IMG/VR virus record: IMGVR_UViG_3300045988_109366
Span: 32,001 to 96,000 of that record
DNA: 64,000 nucleotides
Strand: one strand, 5' to 3'
Origin: a virus
Made by a program: the position numbers and the translations under genes. The notes below the pieces were generated by a model. That model was not told the DNA's origin. It was given only the letters and a program-made list of their open reading frames with translations, and did no database searches. Of this stretch, positions 46,050 through 54,918 are shown piece after piece (positions within the stretch are counted from its first letter, which is position 1; the number at the start of each line of letters is the position of its first letter).

Positions 46050-46445
46050 TCATAACTTCATCAATTTACAATATGAATCTTCAAATATAGGGATCAAACC
46101 TTGTTCCCTAAAATACGCTGTTGCAACTTTAAAAGCGTACAAAGGGTTCACTTCTTGTATCTTATTCTTTTTTACTCCCTGGGTAATAATTGGATTACAA
46201 CAATAGAATTTTTCATTACCTAAACTTCCAAATACGCTATCTACATTATACTCATAGCAATTAGTACCTCCCAATATCAGCAAATCACATCCAGTCTCTC
46301 TGGTTCCAAGGATAAACGATTTATTCTTATTTGCTGGAAGCATGAATATTTCCTTATCCATATTAAACCAATCATTCTGATTATATTTTACATCCCGGAG
46401 AACGATCTCATCAATCTCATGGGCATATTCTTCTTGTGTTTTCAT
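46050..46445 (-). CDS. hypothetical protein
   Basis: 131-codon ORF. Confidence 0.6.
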   Translation of the reverse strand: MKTQEEYAHEIDEIVLRDVKYNQNDWFNMDKEIFMLPANKNKSFILGTRETGCDLLILGGTNCYEYNVDSVFGSLGNEKFYCCNPIITQGVKKNKIQEVNPLYAFKVATAYFREQGLIPIFEDSYCKLMKL

Positions 46446-47149
46446 GCTATTTCATTTAATGGTTCAACATATACATCACCATTCTCATAATAAAGTCGAT
46501 CTTCATACTGGTTATGATGAAGCTCCTCACGTATCGCATCTTCATCGTCAGCCCAATGTCCATATTCCTCATGCCATGACTTGAAGAAGTTATCATAACA
46601 TTGTCTCATCAGATCCTCTAAAGAAAAACCCTCCGGATAAGTACACCATACATTGTAATAATCAATTATAGGTTTCAGGAGATAATAATCATAACACATC
46701 CCTGTCAATGGGCAATTATCTCCATAGTCAAACATCACCCTACTATACTTGTGCCTGTATTTGTATTTCCCATCAATATATTTACCTGACGTGGAGAAAT
46801 ACTTGCCCTTGATAATATATGGCATAATATTGTTGTTGATATATCTGAACAGTAATTTGCCGCATAGATTCTCAGGGAATATATCACGATGATAATCTGT
46901 AGGATGTTCATAAATAGGATCTTTGTATTTAAACTCATAACTAAAATCATATCTCTCGTATCCAACCTCCCAACCATAAACCTTAGTATCTGTCAGATCT
47001 TCAAAGGCTTCCATTGACTTTTTATAGTCTATGTCATAAGCATCCATACATTGCTCCATTACATTCCAACGCTCACGCTCTATGATCCTTTCTTGTGAGT
47101 CTTTTGACAGCTCATCAAACTCATACAGTTTTAATACAATCTCTTTCAT
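46442..47149 (-). CDS. hypothetical protein
   Basis: 235-codon ORF with a 4-nt overlap to the downstream gene. Confidence 0.6.
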   Translation of the reverse strand: MKEIVLKLYEFDELSKDSQERIIERERWNVMEQCMDAYDIDYKKSMEAFEDLTDTKVYGWEVGYERYDFSYEFKYKDPIYEHPTDYHRDIFPENLCGKLLFRYINNNIMPYIIKGKYFSTSGKYIDGKYKYRHKYSRVMFDYGDNCPLTGMCYDYYLLKPIIDYYNVWCTYPEGFSLEDLMRQCYDNFFKSWHEEYGHWADDEDAIREELHHNQYEDRLYYENGDVYVEPLNEIA

Positions 47150-47276
47150 AATCCCTCCTCTTTTAATATAACTAGATCCCTAACGTCAATCGAATGACTT
47201 ACGTACCTCCTTATGTTCACGTTTAGAGATATGATTGTGGCTATTCTCACGAACCACCACAATCCAGATTCAGATA

Positions 47277-48014
47277 TTACTCATCCTTTATCTTTACGAA
47301 TGGGTTTTCTACATAAAACTCCACTACATCCTTAGATTTTATAGATGTCACTATACCGGTGGTATCCACAAATCCGTCTGTCTCATCCATTGTCAAATCT
47401 TCTATTTTATCTCCCGGTAGAAAACAAAGATTATAGTCTTGATCAATATACATAATCATCTTTAACCTAACCATGTCATCAATGATGCCTTTCATTCTCT
47501 CCACGACATCCAATTGATCATCACTAAGCATTAATCTACTTTTTGATGATTCCACTAACCTTATGTCTCCATTCCTGTCAACTACAGTTAAGTCATTGAA
47601 TTTATACACATCTTCACGTGTTCTGTAATATGTTTCCTTACAATAAATTTTCCCTTTATCATCTATTTCAATATCAAAATATTCCAACTTATCCTTGACA
47701 GCTCTTCCGTTTTTGTATTTCCACACATCACCTATTGGAATGAACCCATATAATGACTCAAAAACATCATATATTGATAGTCTTGTCTTAGGAATGCTCT
47801 CGCCCTTTTTAAAACATTCTTCGGACGAATAAAATAATTTCCCATCTAATGTCTTCTCAGTCCTACATCCTCCCCATGTTCCTACATATCTAACTACTCC
47901 ATATGTAAAACTGATCAAGATCTTATCAATCTCAAACCACTTTAATCTTCCTGACATATCGTCAAAAAGATATCCACTCTCTAGATAAACCGATAAACAT
48001 TCTCTAATTTCCAT
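47277..48014 (-). CDS. hypothetical protein
   Basis: 245-codon ORF. Confidence 0.6.
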   Translation of the reverse strand: MEIRECLSVYLESGYLFDDMSGRLKWFEIDKILISFTYGVVRYVGTWGGCRTEKTLDGKLFYSSEECFKKGESIPKTRLSIYDVFESLYGFIPIGDVWKYKNGRAVKDKLEYFDIEIDDKGKIYCKETYYRTREDVYKFNDLTVVDRNGDIRLVESSKSRLMLSDDQLDVVERMKGIIDDMVRLKMIMYIDQDYNLCFLPGDKIEDLTMDETDGFVDTTGIVTSIKSKDVVEFYVENPFVKIKDE

Positions 48015-48191
48015 AACAATTTATTTTTTTAATTAAACAACATCATTTGCCTTGATCACTATCCGTATCAATATTATGAACAAGCTCATATAGATCATAA
48101 TCACTACACTCTGCTAAACATAAAGAGAAGACGTTCCTGTCGTTAATCAGGAAATAGCTATCTTCTAATATGAAGATAGATCTTCCTACCT

Positions 48192-48380
48192 CTAAAAACA
48201 GTCCCATAACTCATTGCCTCTTTTATTGCCAAACACTTTCTGAAAAGTATGACGATCTGCCTTATTCTCGAATTTACGCATCCGTCTAATCCACTCATAT
48301 CCGTGCCTCACTAAATCCAAGCCGCCGGCTTCATCGAAGCTCCCGTTTTTATCAATCCATTTATTTACATCTATCAACAT
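48192..48380 (-). CDS. hypothetical protein
   Basis: 62-codon ORF. Confidence 0.45.
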   Translation of the reverse strand: MLIDVNKWIDKNGSFDEAGGLDLVRHGYEWIRRMRKFENKADRHTFQKVFGNKRGNELWDCF

Positions 48381-48386
48381 ACTCCC

Positions 48387-48776
48387 TTATAATATTACAT
48401 TAAACAACTCGTTTAACCTATCTATCTCACTTAGGTATTCATCTTCTTTATCAAATCTAATTTGCGTCCCTCCCTCCAATCCAAAGGGCAGGGTAAAGGA
48501 TATGACCCAGCCCGATCCGTCCACGGCCTGCTCCTTGGGAACCCAAGACATCACCGCTTTCTTGGATATCCACCATCTCCCTATCTGAACGAAATCAGGA
48601 TAGTTGTCCATTAAATACACCATCTGACTAACCATCTTATTAACATCATCAAAAGGCACTATATGATACTTGTTTCTTATCCTGACCTTCAAGAAGGGGT
48701 TATCCATATTATATGCCGCAAATGCTGATATCACGGAACTAGGATATCTAACTCCTTTTATTATCACCCATTTCAT
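48387..48776 (-). CDS. hypothetical protein
   Basis: 129-codon ORF. Confidence 0.55.
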   Translation of the reverse strand: MKWVIIKGVRYPSSVISAFAAYNMDNPFLKVRIRNKYHIVPFDDVNKMVSQMVYLMDNYPDFVQIGRWWISKKAVMSWVPKEQAVDGSGWVISFTLPFGLEGGTQIRFDKEDEYLSEIDRLNELFNVIL

Positions 48777-49071
48777 ATATCACCCCCCTCTTTATATAAC
48801 ATAAATTCATTGGATAAAATTTATCCGCGCTCTCTTTCCCGTCTCCTCGAAAGTTAGCCAGCCCGCATGTCAGGATGCTCACAAGGTTATCCACCACCTC
48901 CAACTCGCTCGATTTGAACCACGCCAACTGGCTGTAAGTTTCACCTATCCATATTATACTCATTCTCCCGTCCCGACTCTCCTTCACCAGCCCTATATGG
49001 TTTTTAGTGTCCTTAATCACATTTAATTCGTCAATATTTGTAAGCCGAACAAAATCCATCGGCCGTATCAC
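48748..49071 (-). CDS. hypothetical protein
   Basis: 107-codon ORF. Confidence 0.5.
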   Translation of the reverse strand: MIRPMDFVRLTNIDELNVIKDTKNHIGLVKESRDGRMSIIWIGETYSQLAWFKSSELEVVDNLVSILTCGLANFRGDGKESADKFYPMNLCYIKRGVIYEMGDNKRS

Positions 49072-49109
49072 TTTATTCTAGTCCATGTCTTTATCCTCCT
49101 ATATCCTTT

Positions 49110-49535
49110 TTATTCTCTCAATTTACGCTTAACCTCTTTAACATATTTAGTAGAATGTAGTCCCCTATGCAATCTTATAGCCCGATCTATATCCTTTTTA
49201 GGATTATGATGAGATTGATATATCTCGAACATTTCCCTAGCCTTGATAGGATTTGTTCTATCATCGTATCTATACCGCTTTTTCTCCCGTTTAAGACACA
49301 ATATCCTATTAACCTCATCAACATACACCTTTTTCATCTGCCACCTCCCTAACGCCCCTGAAGTGGCGTTATACGCCCGATCGTCATTCCTTGACTCCAC
49401 GAAAGACAGGGCGGCCGCCAGCTTATCCCATACCCGTGCCTCGACCACGGCCGGCTTCGGGGCGAGGGGCATGCCTCCGTTTCCTTTTGGCGGTGTTAAT
49501 ATTATCATCGCCATCACAAGTAAGTATCTTATCAC
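49110..49535 (-). CDS. lytic transglycosylase (SLT domain) with N-terminal signal/anchor; endolysin candidate
   Basis: FVESRNDDRAYN..GALGRWQM (E-S...G-x-x-Q SLT pattern). Hydrophobic N-terminus MIRYLLVMAMIIL. Confidence 0.65.
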   Translation of the reverse strand: MIRYLLVMAMIILTPPKGNGGMPLAPKPAVVEARVWDKLAAALSFVESRNDDRAYNATSGALGRWQMKKVYVDEVNRILCLKREKKRYRYDDRTNPIKAREMFEIYQSHHNPKKDIDRAIRLHRGLHSTKYVKEVKRKLRE

Positions 49536-50089
49536 GTTCCCTTGTTTTTATAAAACTCCTCCCCGAATTTCACATTATCCACATAATCTTCCATGCACTC
49601 ATGAACAATTATATGAATATCACCCTCCGTGTATGTCACCTCGGACATCAACCTCTCATTGGTCATCCACCAAGAATAACTATCAATATGCCGTATCTCA
49701 AATCCATGATCATGCAACGCATACATAACATTATATCTTAAATCCCTGTCCATCATCATACACTCGTACACGATATAGCCATTGATACTTTCATGAGACC
49801 TACCGAACGTATAAACGTACCTACCCATCAACTTATACAACTCCCTTGCCACAGGATTCGGGATCGCCTCATCCATATCAAAATCCACATCTGGATCAAT
49901 AACCCACTCTACATCCCGCTCATCAATACAAGCTCTAGGCATTCCTATTGTCCGTCCATAAAGACGTGATCGGTGATCCTTGCTTAATACCGTCCCGATA
50001 TACTTTTCCCCTTTGGCATATCCTATATTATGGTTGCCGGTTATATTAAATACAATTTCAGCTCCTATCTTAATTTCATCCATATTCAA
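49532..50089 (-). CDS. hypothetical protein
   Basis: 185-codon ORF with a 4-nt overlap to the lysin gene. Confidence 0.6.
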   Translation of the reverse strand: MNMDEIKIGAEIVFNITGNHNIGYAKGEKYIGTVLSKDHRSRLYGRTIGMPRACIDERDVEWVIDPDVDFDMDEAIPNPVARELYKLMGRYVYTFGRSHESINGYIVYECMMMDRDLRYNVMYALHDHGFEIRHIDSYSWWMTNERLMSEVTYTEGDIHIIVHECMEDYVDNVKFGEEFYKNKGT

Positions 50090-50260
50090 GATGTTTGTAT
50101 CATTTGTTATCTTTTTTATACAAAAAGAGGATATAATGGTATAATATTATGATATCAAGACACGAATGCGTTATCTATCATATTATCATACATATCCTCT
50201 ATACAACGTCATTTATGGCATTATATCGTATATGATGCCGCAGGTCATAAATACATCTAA

Positions 50261-50503
50261 TTAACCCCTTTTTAAGGGCTTATCGCCATTTAGGGAACTA
50301 GCTATGCCTAATATTTTCGAAATAAGGGCTTTTTTAGCCTTATACTCATCGTTTATCCCTATTATCGCATATCTGTATACCATCCCATCCTTCGACACCT
50401 CCACGCCCACGTATTTAGGCGCAACGGCATCCCTATGTAATACGATAAACGGGCTTTTGCCGTCTAGCTCATTTATCAACTGATTAAACTGTCGCCTTGT
50501 CAT
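50261..50503 (-). CDS. hypothetical protein
   Basis: 80-codon ORF. Confidence 0.5.
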   Translation of the reverse strand: MTRRQFNQLINELDGKSPFIVLHRDAVAPKYVGVEVSKDGMVYRYAIIGINDEYKAKKALISKILGIASSLNGDKPLKRG

Positions 50504-50984
50504 CTGATAGTGATATTATTTCCATGTTATAAATACGATCTCTTTTTACCCTTATCTTCTCGCACAGCTCATCGAAGCACCCATCTTCTTCTAACCTACC
50601 AACATAATATGATACATTCGATTTAGAGCTTCCATGAAGATATATATTTCCTCCTATATTCCTTGAGAAAAAATTAGGCAAGACCATCTTTTGTCTCTTA
50701 TCCTTGTTATCCATGTAAGATATAACAACAACCCATAATTCTGGTTCCCGTTCTTTTATCGATAACATAAGATCAAGACTCGATTGACTATTGATATTCC
50801 TCCTGCCAGTTTCATTATAACGTAGAATAATATAATCATCTGCGTTATCATTCTCAACCATCACGACTATAGGGCGATCGCCCTTCCCATTATCACATAA
50901 TACTCTTGCCTCTTCCCAGTCGCGGAGATATACCTTATCGTAATCTCCGTTTTTGTATATCTCAAAATCAAACTCTATCACCAT
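50484..50984 (-). CDS. hypothetical protein
   Basis: 166-codon ORF. Confidence 0.55.
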   Translation of the reverse strand: MVIEFDFEIYKNGDYDKVYLRDWEEARVLCDNGKGDRPIVVMVENDNADDYIILRYNETGRRNINSQSSLDLMLSIKEREPELWVVVISYMDNKDKRQKMVLPNFFSRNIGGNIYLHGSSKSNVSYYVGRLEEDGCFDELCEKIRVKRDRIYNMEIISLSDDKATV

Positions 50985-50985
50985 A

Positions 50986-51210
50986 TCATTTCCTCCTATT
51001 GATATATTGTTGTGTACGGCCTTCTTTTATTTTTTCGAAATAAAACTTATTCCCATATAACCGGGTGAAGCAGATGTTATACCCGAAATGCTCCGCACGT
51101 CTGATTTGCGCATAACCTCTACTGATATCCTTATCATCAATCAGCGTAACAAAACAATGTGATCCTACTTCTGTATTCAAAACCAGATTTTCCCAATCTT
51201 TTACCTCCAT
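50986..51210 (-). CDS. hypothetical protein
   Basis: Start set at the internal ATG, 1 nt after the stop of the upstream gene. Confidence 0.5.
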   Translation of the reverse strand: MEVKDWENLVLNTEVGSHCFVTLIDDKDISRGYAQIRRAEHFGYNICFTRLYGNKFYFEKIKEGRTQQYINRRK

Positions 51211-51211
51211 A

Positions 51212-51610
51212 TCAAATCTCCTTAAATAATTTTTTGTTATGATTATCGCTATTATACCATTTATCAATATTATCGTACTGCTTTGGATAAACCCCATAAG
51301 ACCTACACCACCTAGGTAACGGCCCGTTCAGCACGTCTAACGCCGTCGCAAGATCGAACGTAGCTCCCTCCTTGACACAACACCCCGATCCACTTCCACA
51401 GCTCGGTATATAGGCTCTGCTATATGCTACGCTCATTCCATATTCCCCATGACTCAGATACCCGATGTTAGGCGAATCAGGGAAGGCGTAATACAACATT
51501 ATATAATCACCCTTACTCCAACCTCTATTATAAGTATCATCCTGCCACGCAAAAACCCTGCAACCGGCTTCTTTCAGTTCCGCTGCCGCTCTTCTTAAAA
51601 CATTGTCCAT
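51212..51610 (-). CDS. hypothetical protein
   Basis: 132-codon ORF. Contains the 12-mer GGTGATTATATA, which is identical to the element terminus. Confidence 0.55.
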   Translation of the reverse strand: MDNVLRRAAAELKEAGCRVFAWQDDTYNRGWSKGDYIMLYYAFPDSPNIGYLSHGEYGMSVAYSRAYIPSCGSGSGCCVKEGATFDLATALDVLNGPLPRWCRSYGVYPKQYDNIDKWYNSDNHNKKLFKEI

Positions 51611-51722
51611 ATTATCTATATTTAATTAAGTTGTGTCAAGGCGCCGGGAACCGACCCCGGATCATATCCGTACACGTACGATCATGATATATCCTTCCGC
51701 CCCGCCAAGGTTTGGTTCAACA

Positions 51723-52076
51723 TTAACAAACTTTCATATCCTCACACATCTTAAAAAAGACCTCTCTTATGATCTTCTTGTATAAGATGTATATCTCATC
51801 ATCATCCTCATCAAACTCCACTCCCCATGAACGTAATAAATATCTAATATCACAATCCGCTATATGAATCCTGAATATAGACGGAACGCTCATTATGTAA
51901 TCCTCAAAAGCCTTCTTAATCCCATCCCTTTTGATATGTTCTTTATACTCATTCTTGAATACACTAAGCATAAAAGACATATATTCCCTATCGTATTTAA
52001 ACTGCTTACCATAATTATCTGTATCTATATGATCCAGTATATATATCTCTATAGCGTCTCTATCGTATTTTGACAT
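51723..52076 (-). CDS. hypothetical protein
   Basis: 117-codon ORF. Confidence 0.55.
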   Translation of the reverse strand: MSKYDRDAIEIYILDHIDTDNYGKQFKYDREYMSFMLSVFKNEYKEHIKRDGIKKAFEDYIMSVPSIFRIHIADCDIRYLLRSWGVEFDEDDDEIYILYKKIIREVFFKMCEDMKVC

Positions 52077-52336
52077 ACTTTTTCCTCCTCCTTTTGATAT
52101 TTTATAACCTTTTTCTCCCCATACGCTTTCGCTAACTGGATAAGTTGACCGGTAAACACCTTGGTACGGTGTTTTACGATCTTATCCACCAGCTCCGGGC
52201 ATCTGGTTCTCCACCTATAATTAACCTCACCTTTAGCTTTCTTCTTATAATACCTGTAGAATGTTACGGCTACTACCACTTCTCCATTCTGCTCAAAAGC
52301 AACCAAATCGTAATTGTTGTAAGTTATTTCGTTCAT
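52049..52336 (-). CDS. hypothetical protein
   Basis: 95-codon ORF. Confidence 0.55.
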   Translation of the reverse strand: MNEITYNNYDLVAFEQNGEVVVAVTFYRYYKKKAKGEVNYRWRTRCPELVDKIVKHRTKVFTGQLIQLAKAYGEKKVIKYQKEEEKVCQNTIETL

Positions 52337-52636
52337 CGTGTAATATATTTTATAAATTCAATCACTCTCTTTGGCAGTGAATCTATATCCTTCACTCTTT
52401 TACCAAAATTGTACATATGACTTCTATGCGGATAATAATCTCCCGCATACATCCCCACTCCTAATGGATGGAATGGATCCTCACTACATGAGAAAACAGG
52501 ATAATACACCACCCCATAACCATCCTTTATTTTTATTTACATATACTATGGTATATCTATCAGCCACTTCGTCGCCAAAATCATATACCCTTACTTTTAC
52601 TTTCACGCAATCCGCGTTTGTTATAATATTATCCAT
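52333..52636 (-). pseudogene. frameshifted ~100-codon gene (two sub-60-codon ORFs)
   Basis: ORF-a 52484-52636 (MDNIITNADCVKVKVRVYDFGDEVADRYTIVYVNKNK...). ORF-b 52333-52536 (...DGYGVVYYPVFSCSEDPFHPLGVGMYAGD...). The total span of 304 nt is not a multiple of 3. An A5 run (plus T5 at 52530-52534) lies in the overlap. ATGA overlap to the next gene. Confidence 0.55.
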
Positions 52637-52665
52637 ATATACCTCCTTTGTTGTTCACTATCTGA

Positions 52666-52908
52666 CTAATCTATTTCCCTTCCATATAAGGTGTATGTAC
52701 CATACCATCCCCTATCCATATTTACCACCTCAATATGATGTATGTGATAACAACCATTAGCTATTCTGCCGCAATCGGCTATCACCATAGCTATATCCCT
52801 ATACCCAGAATCTATGAAAACACGAACCAACCTACCCCCGCTAAATATAGACACCTTGATATCGTCTTTCTCTTTTATAATCCTTCTCATATCATATCCT
52901 CTTATCAA
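52666..52908 (-). CDS. hypothetical protein, tandem paralogue 1
   Basis: 80 aa. Shares ..DI.K..VF......I.DSG(Y/F)R......(A/Y)....... H I.V.N..RGW.G(T/S)YT.YG(R/K)(E/R)ID with the next gene. Confidence 0.55.
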   Translation of the reverse strand: MIRGYDMRRIIKEKDDIKVSIFSGGRLVRVFIDSGYRDIAMVIADCGRIANGCYHIHHIEVVNMDRGWYGTYTLYGREID

Positions 52909-52909
52909 A

Positions 52910-53140
52910 CTAATCTATCCTTTTACCATAATTAGTATATGACCCACACCATCCACGAGCCTCATTCGACACCCTAATATGATCAATGGGCTTATCCCCG
53001 ACCATTTTATTGGCGTACGATATTACATCCGACATACTTCTGAATCCGGAATCCTTAATGGATTTTATAAGCGTCCTATCATACCCGAATACCAATATCT
53101 TCACAATATCTCTTTCTTTCACAGTCCTTCTCGCCCTCAT
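52910..53140 (-). CDS. hypothetical protein, tandem paralogue 2
   Basis: 76 aa. See 52666-52908. Confidence 0.55.
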   Translation of the reverse strand: MRARRTVKERDIVKILVFGYDRTLIKSIKDSGFRSMSDVISYANKMVGDKPIDHIRVSNEARGWCGSYTNYGKRID

Positions 53141-53604
53141 AACATCCTAGCCATAAAATAAACAAACATAAAATCTATTCTCTCTTTGTTATCATCCATT
53201 CTATGCCCGGTAATTTCAAAAACAACCCTACGCTTTTCTACAGTCTGTATATTATCTAACTGAATAGCTATGTAAGGATATTTCATAACTTTCTCTCTAT
53301 TGATGTTATTCAAAATAGCGTTGACATCTTGCCCGCGAAAATACATATTTACCCCTATGTAGCTGGCAACCAAAAGACATTCGTCTATTATCCCATCTGT
53401 ATCGAATAACAATAACATATCATCCTTCTCGATAGTATATCCCATATCAAGAATCTTGATACGTTTGCTCCCGTCCTTCTTATTAGCTATAAGAATCTCT
53501 ATCATATCCTTATCGGTCGTAAGGATATAATACGCCTCATCCTTTGTAATATTATCACGCAGATAAAGCAGCGCTTCATCTTGTAATTTCATAATTTCGT
53601 CCAT
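53137..53604 (-). CDS. hypothetical protein
   Basis: 155-codon ORF. Confidence 0.6.
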   Translation of the reverse strand: MDEIMKLQDEALLYLRDNITKDEAYYILTTDKDMIEILIANKKDGSKRIKILDMGYTIEKDDMLLLFDTDGIIDECLLVASYIGVNMYFRGQDVNAILNNINREKVMKYPYIAIQLDNIQTVEKRRVVFEITGHRMDDNKERIDFMFVYFMARML

Positions 53605-53629
53605 ACTATTAGTATTTTATATTACCACT

Positions 53630-53697
53630 CCAAAAAAAGAACGGCGGTAGACACCCGTGGCCTACCACGCCGTGACACCGCCGCCCGTTCCCATTGG
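53630..53697 (-). terminator. GC-rich long hairpin element (CCAA...TTGG family) acting as an intrinsic terminator
   Basis: Minus-strand sequence: CCAATGGGAACGGGCGGCGG...CGTGG-TAGG-CCACG...CTACCGCCGTTC followed by T7. Confidence 0.6.
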
Positions 53698-53699
53698 TA

Positions 53700-54029
53700 T
53701 TATTCTACCACCTCTAATTTCCCGTAATAAGGATAAAAACAACCGTCTCGATAAACCGAATATCTGAGCGTTTTATCCTTTGCTTCATAGATGGAAACAC
53801 AACCGCTGTTATAAGCGTTGGATAGTTCTTTCGCTACAAATCCGCCTATTCGTTTATAGGTTTTAGGCGTATCACTCAACGGCCTGCCTACATATATTTT
53901 TACTCTCTTGCACTTCTTGTCGCCTACGTATATATCCTTTCCACTAAGCTCCGTTAAATACATGAATCTCATATCAACCGATTTTAAATCCAACATTCCT
54001 CTATCTCTATCTCCATATGATCCGACCAA
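53700..54029 (-). CDS. hypothetical protein (start uncertain; ATGs at 54029, 53996, 53972)
   Basis: 109-codon ORF whose 5' end overlaps the upstream gene. Confidence 0.5.
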   Translation of the reverse strand: MVGSYGDRDRGMLDLKSVDMRFMYLTELSGKDIYVGDKKCKRVKIYVGRPLSDTPKTYKRIGGFVAKELSNAYNSGCVSIYEAKDKTLRYSVYRDGCFYPYYGKLEVVE

Positions 54030-54226
54030 TCACATCTATCAACGTCCTCGCCATCCTCAAAGTAATAGTAGGCCCATACCTGTACGCCTCCTACCTCTAT
54101 ATATCCATCACTTTTCCATTCTATCAACCCGTCTTGCCTTACCACGTTGGTAGGCTCAGACCCTAGCGACAGCAGATTATTTACTATACTACCGCCAAAT
54201 ACGTTCCTTGATTCTTCTTTCGTCAT
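53984..54226 (-). CDS. hypothetical protein
   Basis: 80-codon ORF. First gene downstream of the ORF-poor region. Confidence 0.5.
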   Translation of the reverse strand: MTKEESRNVFGGSIVNNLLSLGSEPTNVVRQDGLIEWKSDGYIEVGGVQVWAYYYFEDGEDVDRCDWSDHMEIEIEECWI

Positions 54227-54258
54227 ATCAATATCAGATTTTTAATATTACACTAACG

Positions 54259-54329
54259 CCAAAGGGGGAACAGGGACGGACGACCAGCGGGGCCTACCCC
54301 ACGCCATCGCCGCCCCCCGTTTCCCTTGG
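54259..54329. repeat. GC-rich hairpin element (CCAA...TTGG family)
   Basis: CCAAAGGGGGAACAGGGACGG ... GGGG-CCTA-CCCC ... CCGCCCCCCGTTTCCCTTGG. Homologous to 53630-53697. Confidence 0.55.
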
Positions 54330-54465
54330 TTCCCTCCGCATCACCCCCCATACTAATAAACAATATCCACCACCAATAACACCATACCCACCATCACTCA
54401 CAACTGCCTTGCCTTGACGAGAAACTCCTACCACTTGCAAACTTTTACATCTGATCGGAAGATAC

Positions 54466-54655
54466 CCCTTGCTCGAAAGGCGTTTCCCTTGCTTGGTGTT
54501 TTTCCTCGCTTGGTGTTTTTCCCCTTGTTTGGAAAGGTTTTCCCTTGCTTGGAGGTGTTTCCCTTGTTTGGTGGTGTTTTTCTTGTTTGGTGTTTTTCCT
54601 TGCTTGGAAAGGTTTTTCTTGTTTGGAGGTGTTTTTTTCCTTGTTTGGAAATGTC
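54466..54655. repeat. iteron-like tandem array, about 10 units of 16-21 bp
   Basis: Core CTTG(C/T)T(T/C)GG followed by (A/G)-rich bases and a T-run, repeated 10 times. All six frames are open only because of low complexity. Confidence 0.8.
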
Positions 54656-54706
54656 CCATCAAGCAACCCCCACCCCCCTCGAAATCCTAAGACCTTCCGA
54701 TACTTT

Positions 54707-54720
54707 GTTCCACGTGGAAC
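54707..54720. repeat. perfect 14-bp palindrome GTTCCACGTGGAAC
   Basis: Read directly from the sequence. Lies 52 bp from the iteron array. Confidence 0.8.
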
Positions 54721-54726
54721 GCCGAT

Positions 54727-54918
54727 TCAGTCTAGGATATCGAGGTCTTTGTTCTTGATTGCCTTATACACTTGCTTTATACAATAGATTGATAATAAAG
54801 CCAATAAAATAACTATGATTAAAGGGAGGGCGTCGCCCGTAGCTATAACATACCGCCCTAACTCAAACGCCATATACCCACAAAACAAGATAAGTACGAA
54901 ATATATAAATATACCCAT
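54727..54918 (-). CDS. small two-TM membrane protein (holin-like topology, weak call)
   Basis: 63 aa from ATG 54918. Two hydrophobic helices and a charged C-terminus KAIKNKDLDILD. Confidence 0.35.
   Translation of the reverse strand: MGIFIYFVLILFCGYMAFELGRYVIATGDALPLIIVILLALLSIYCIKQVYKAIKNKDLDILD

Larger units (their letters stand above)
45474..46053 (-). pseudogene. 78-codon gene split by the 335-bp TIR element
   Basis: 5' stub at 46036-46053 (MNIEIR*) and a start-less 3' part at 45474-45708. Deleting 45703-46045 restores one ORF with an ATGA overlap to 46050-46445. Confidence 0.75.

Noticed and set aside
52637-52650. Strong Shine-Dalgarno sequence (AAAGGAGGT) upstream of ATG 52636, as a possible argument against a Bacteroidota host.
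   Set aside because: This was the only clear example noticed. Other start codons lack such sequences, and several are preceded by TAnnTTTG boxes.
54466-54655. Possible CRISPR array.
   Set aside because: The units are 16-21 bp, degenerate and contiguous, with no unique spacers. No cas genes are present. Not a CRISPR array.
54294-54787. Several overlapping ORFs on both strands across the repeat array (for example 54294-54662 minus, 122 aa, KQGK-rich; 54414-54758 plus).
   Set aside because: All frames are open only because the T/G-rich tandem repeat lacks stop codons. The translations are low-complexity repeats of the DNA unit. Treated as non-coding iterons.
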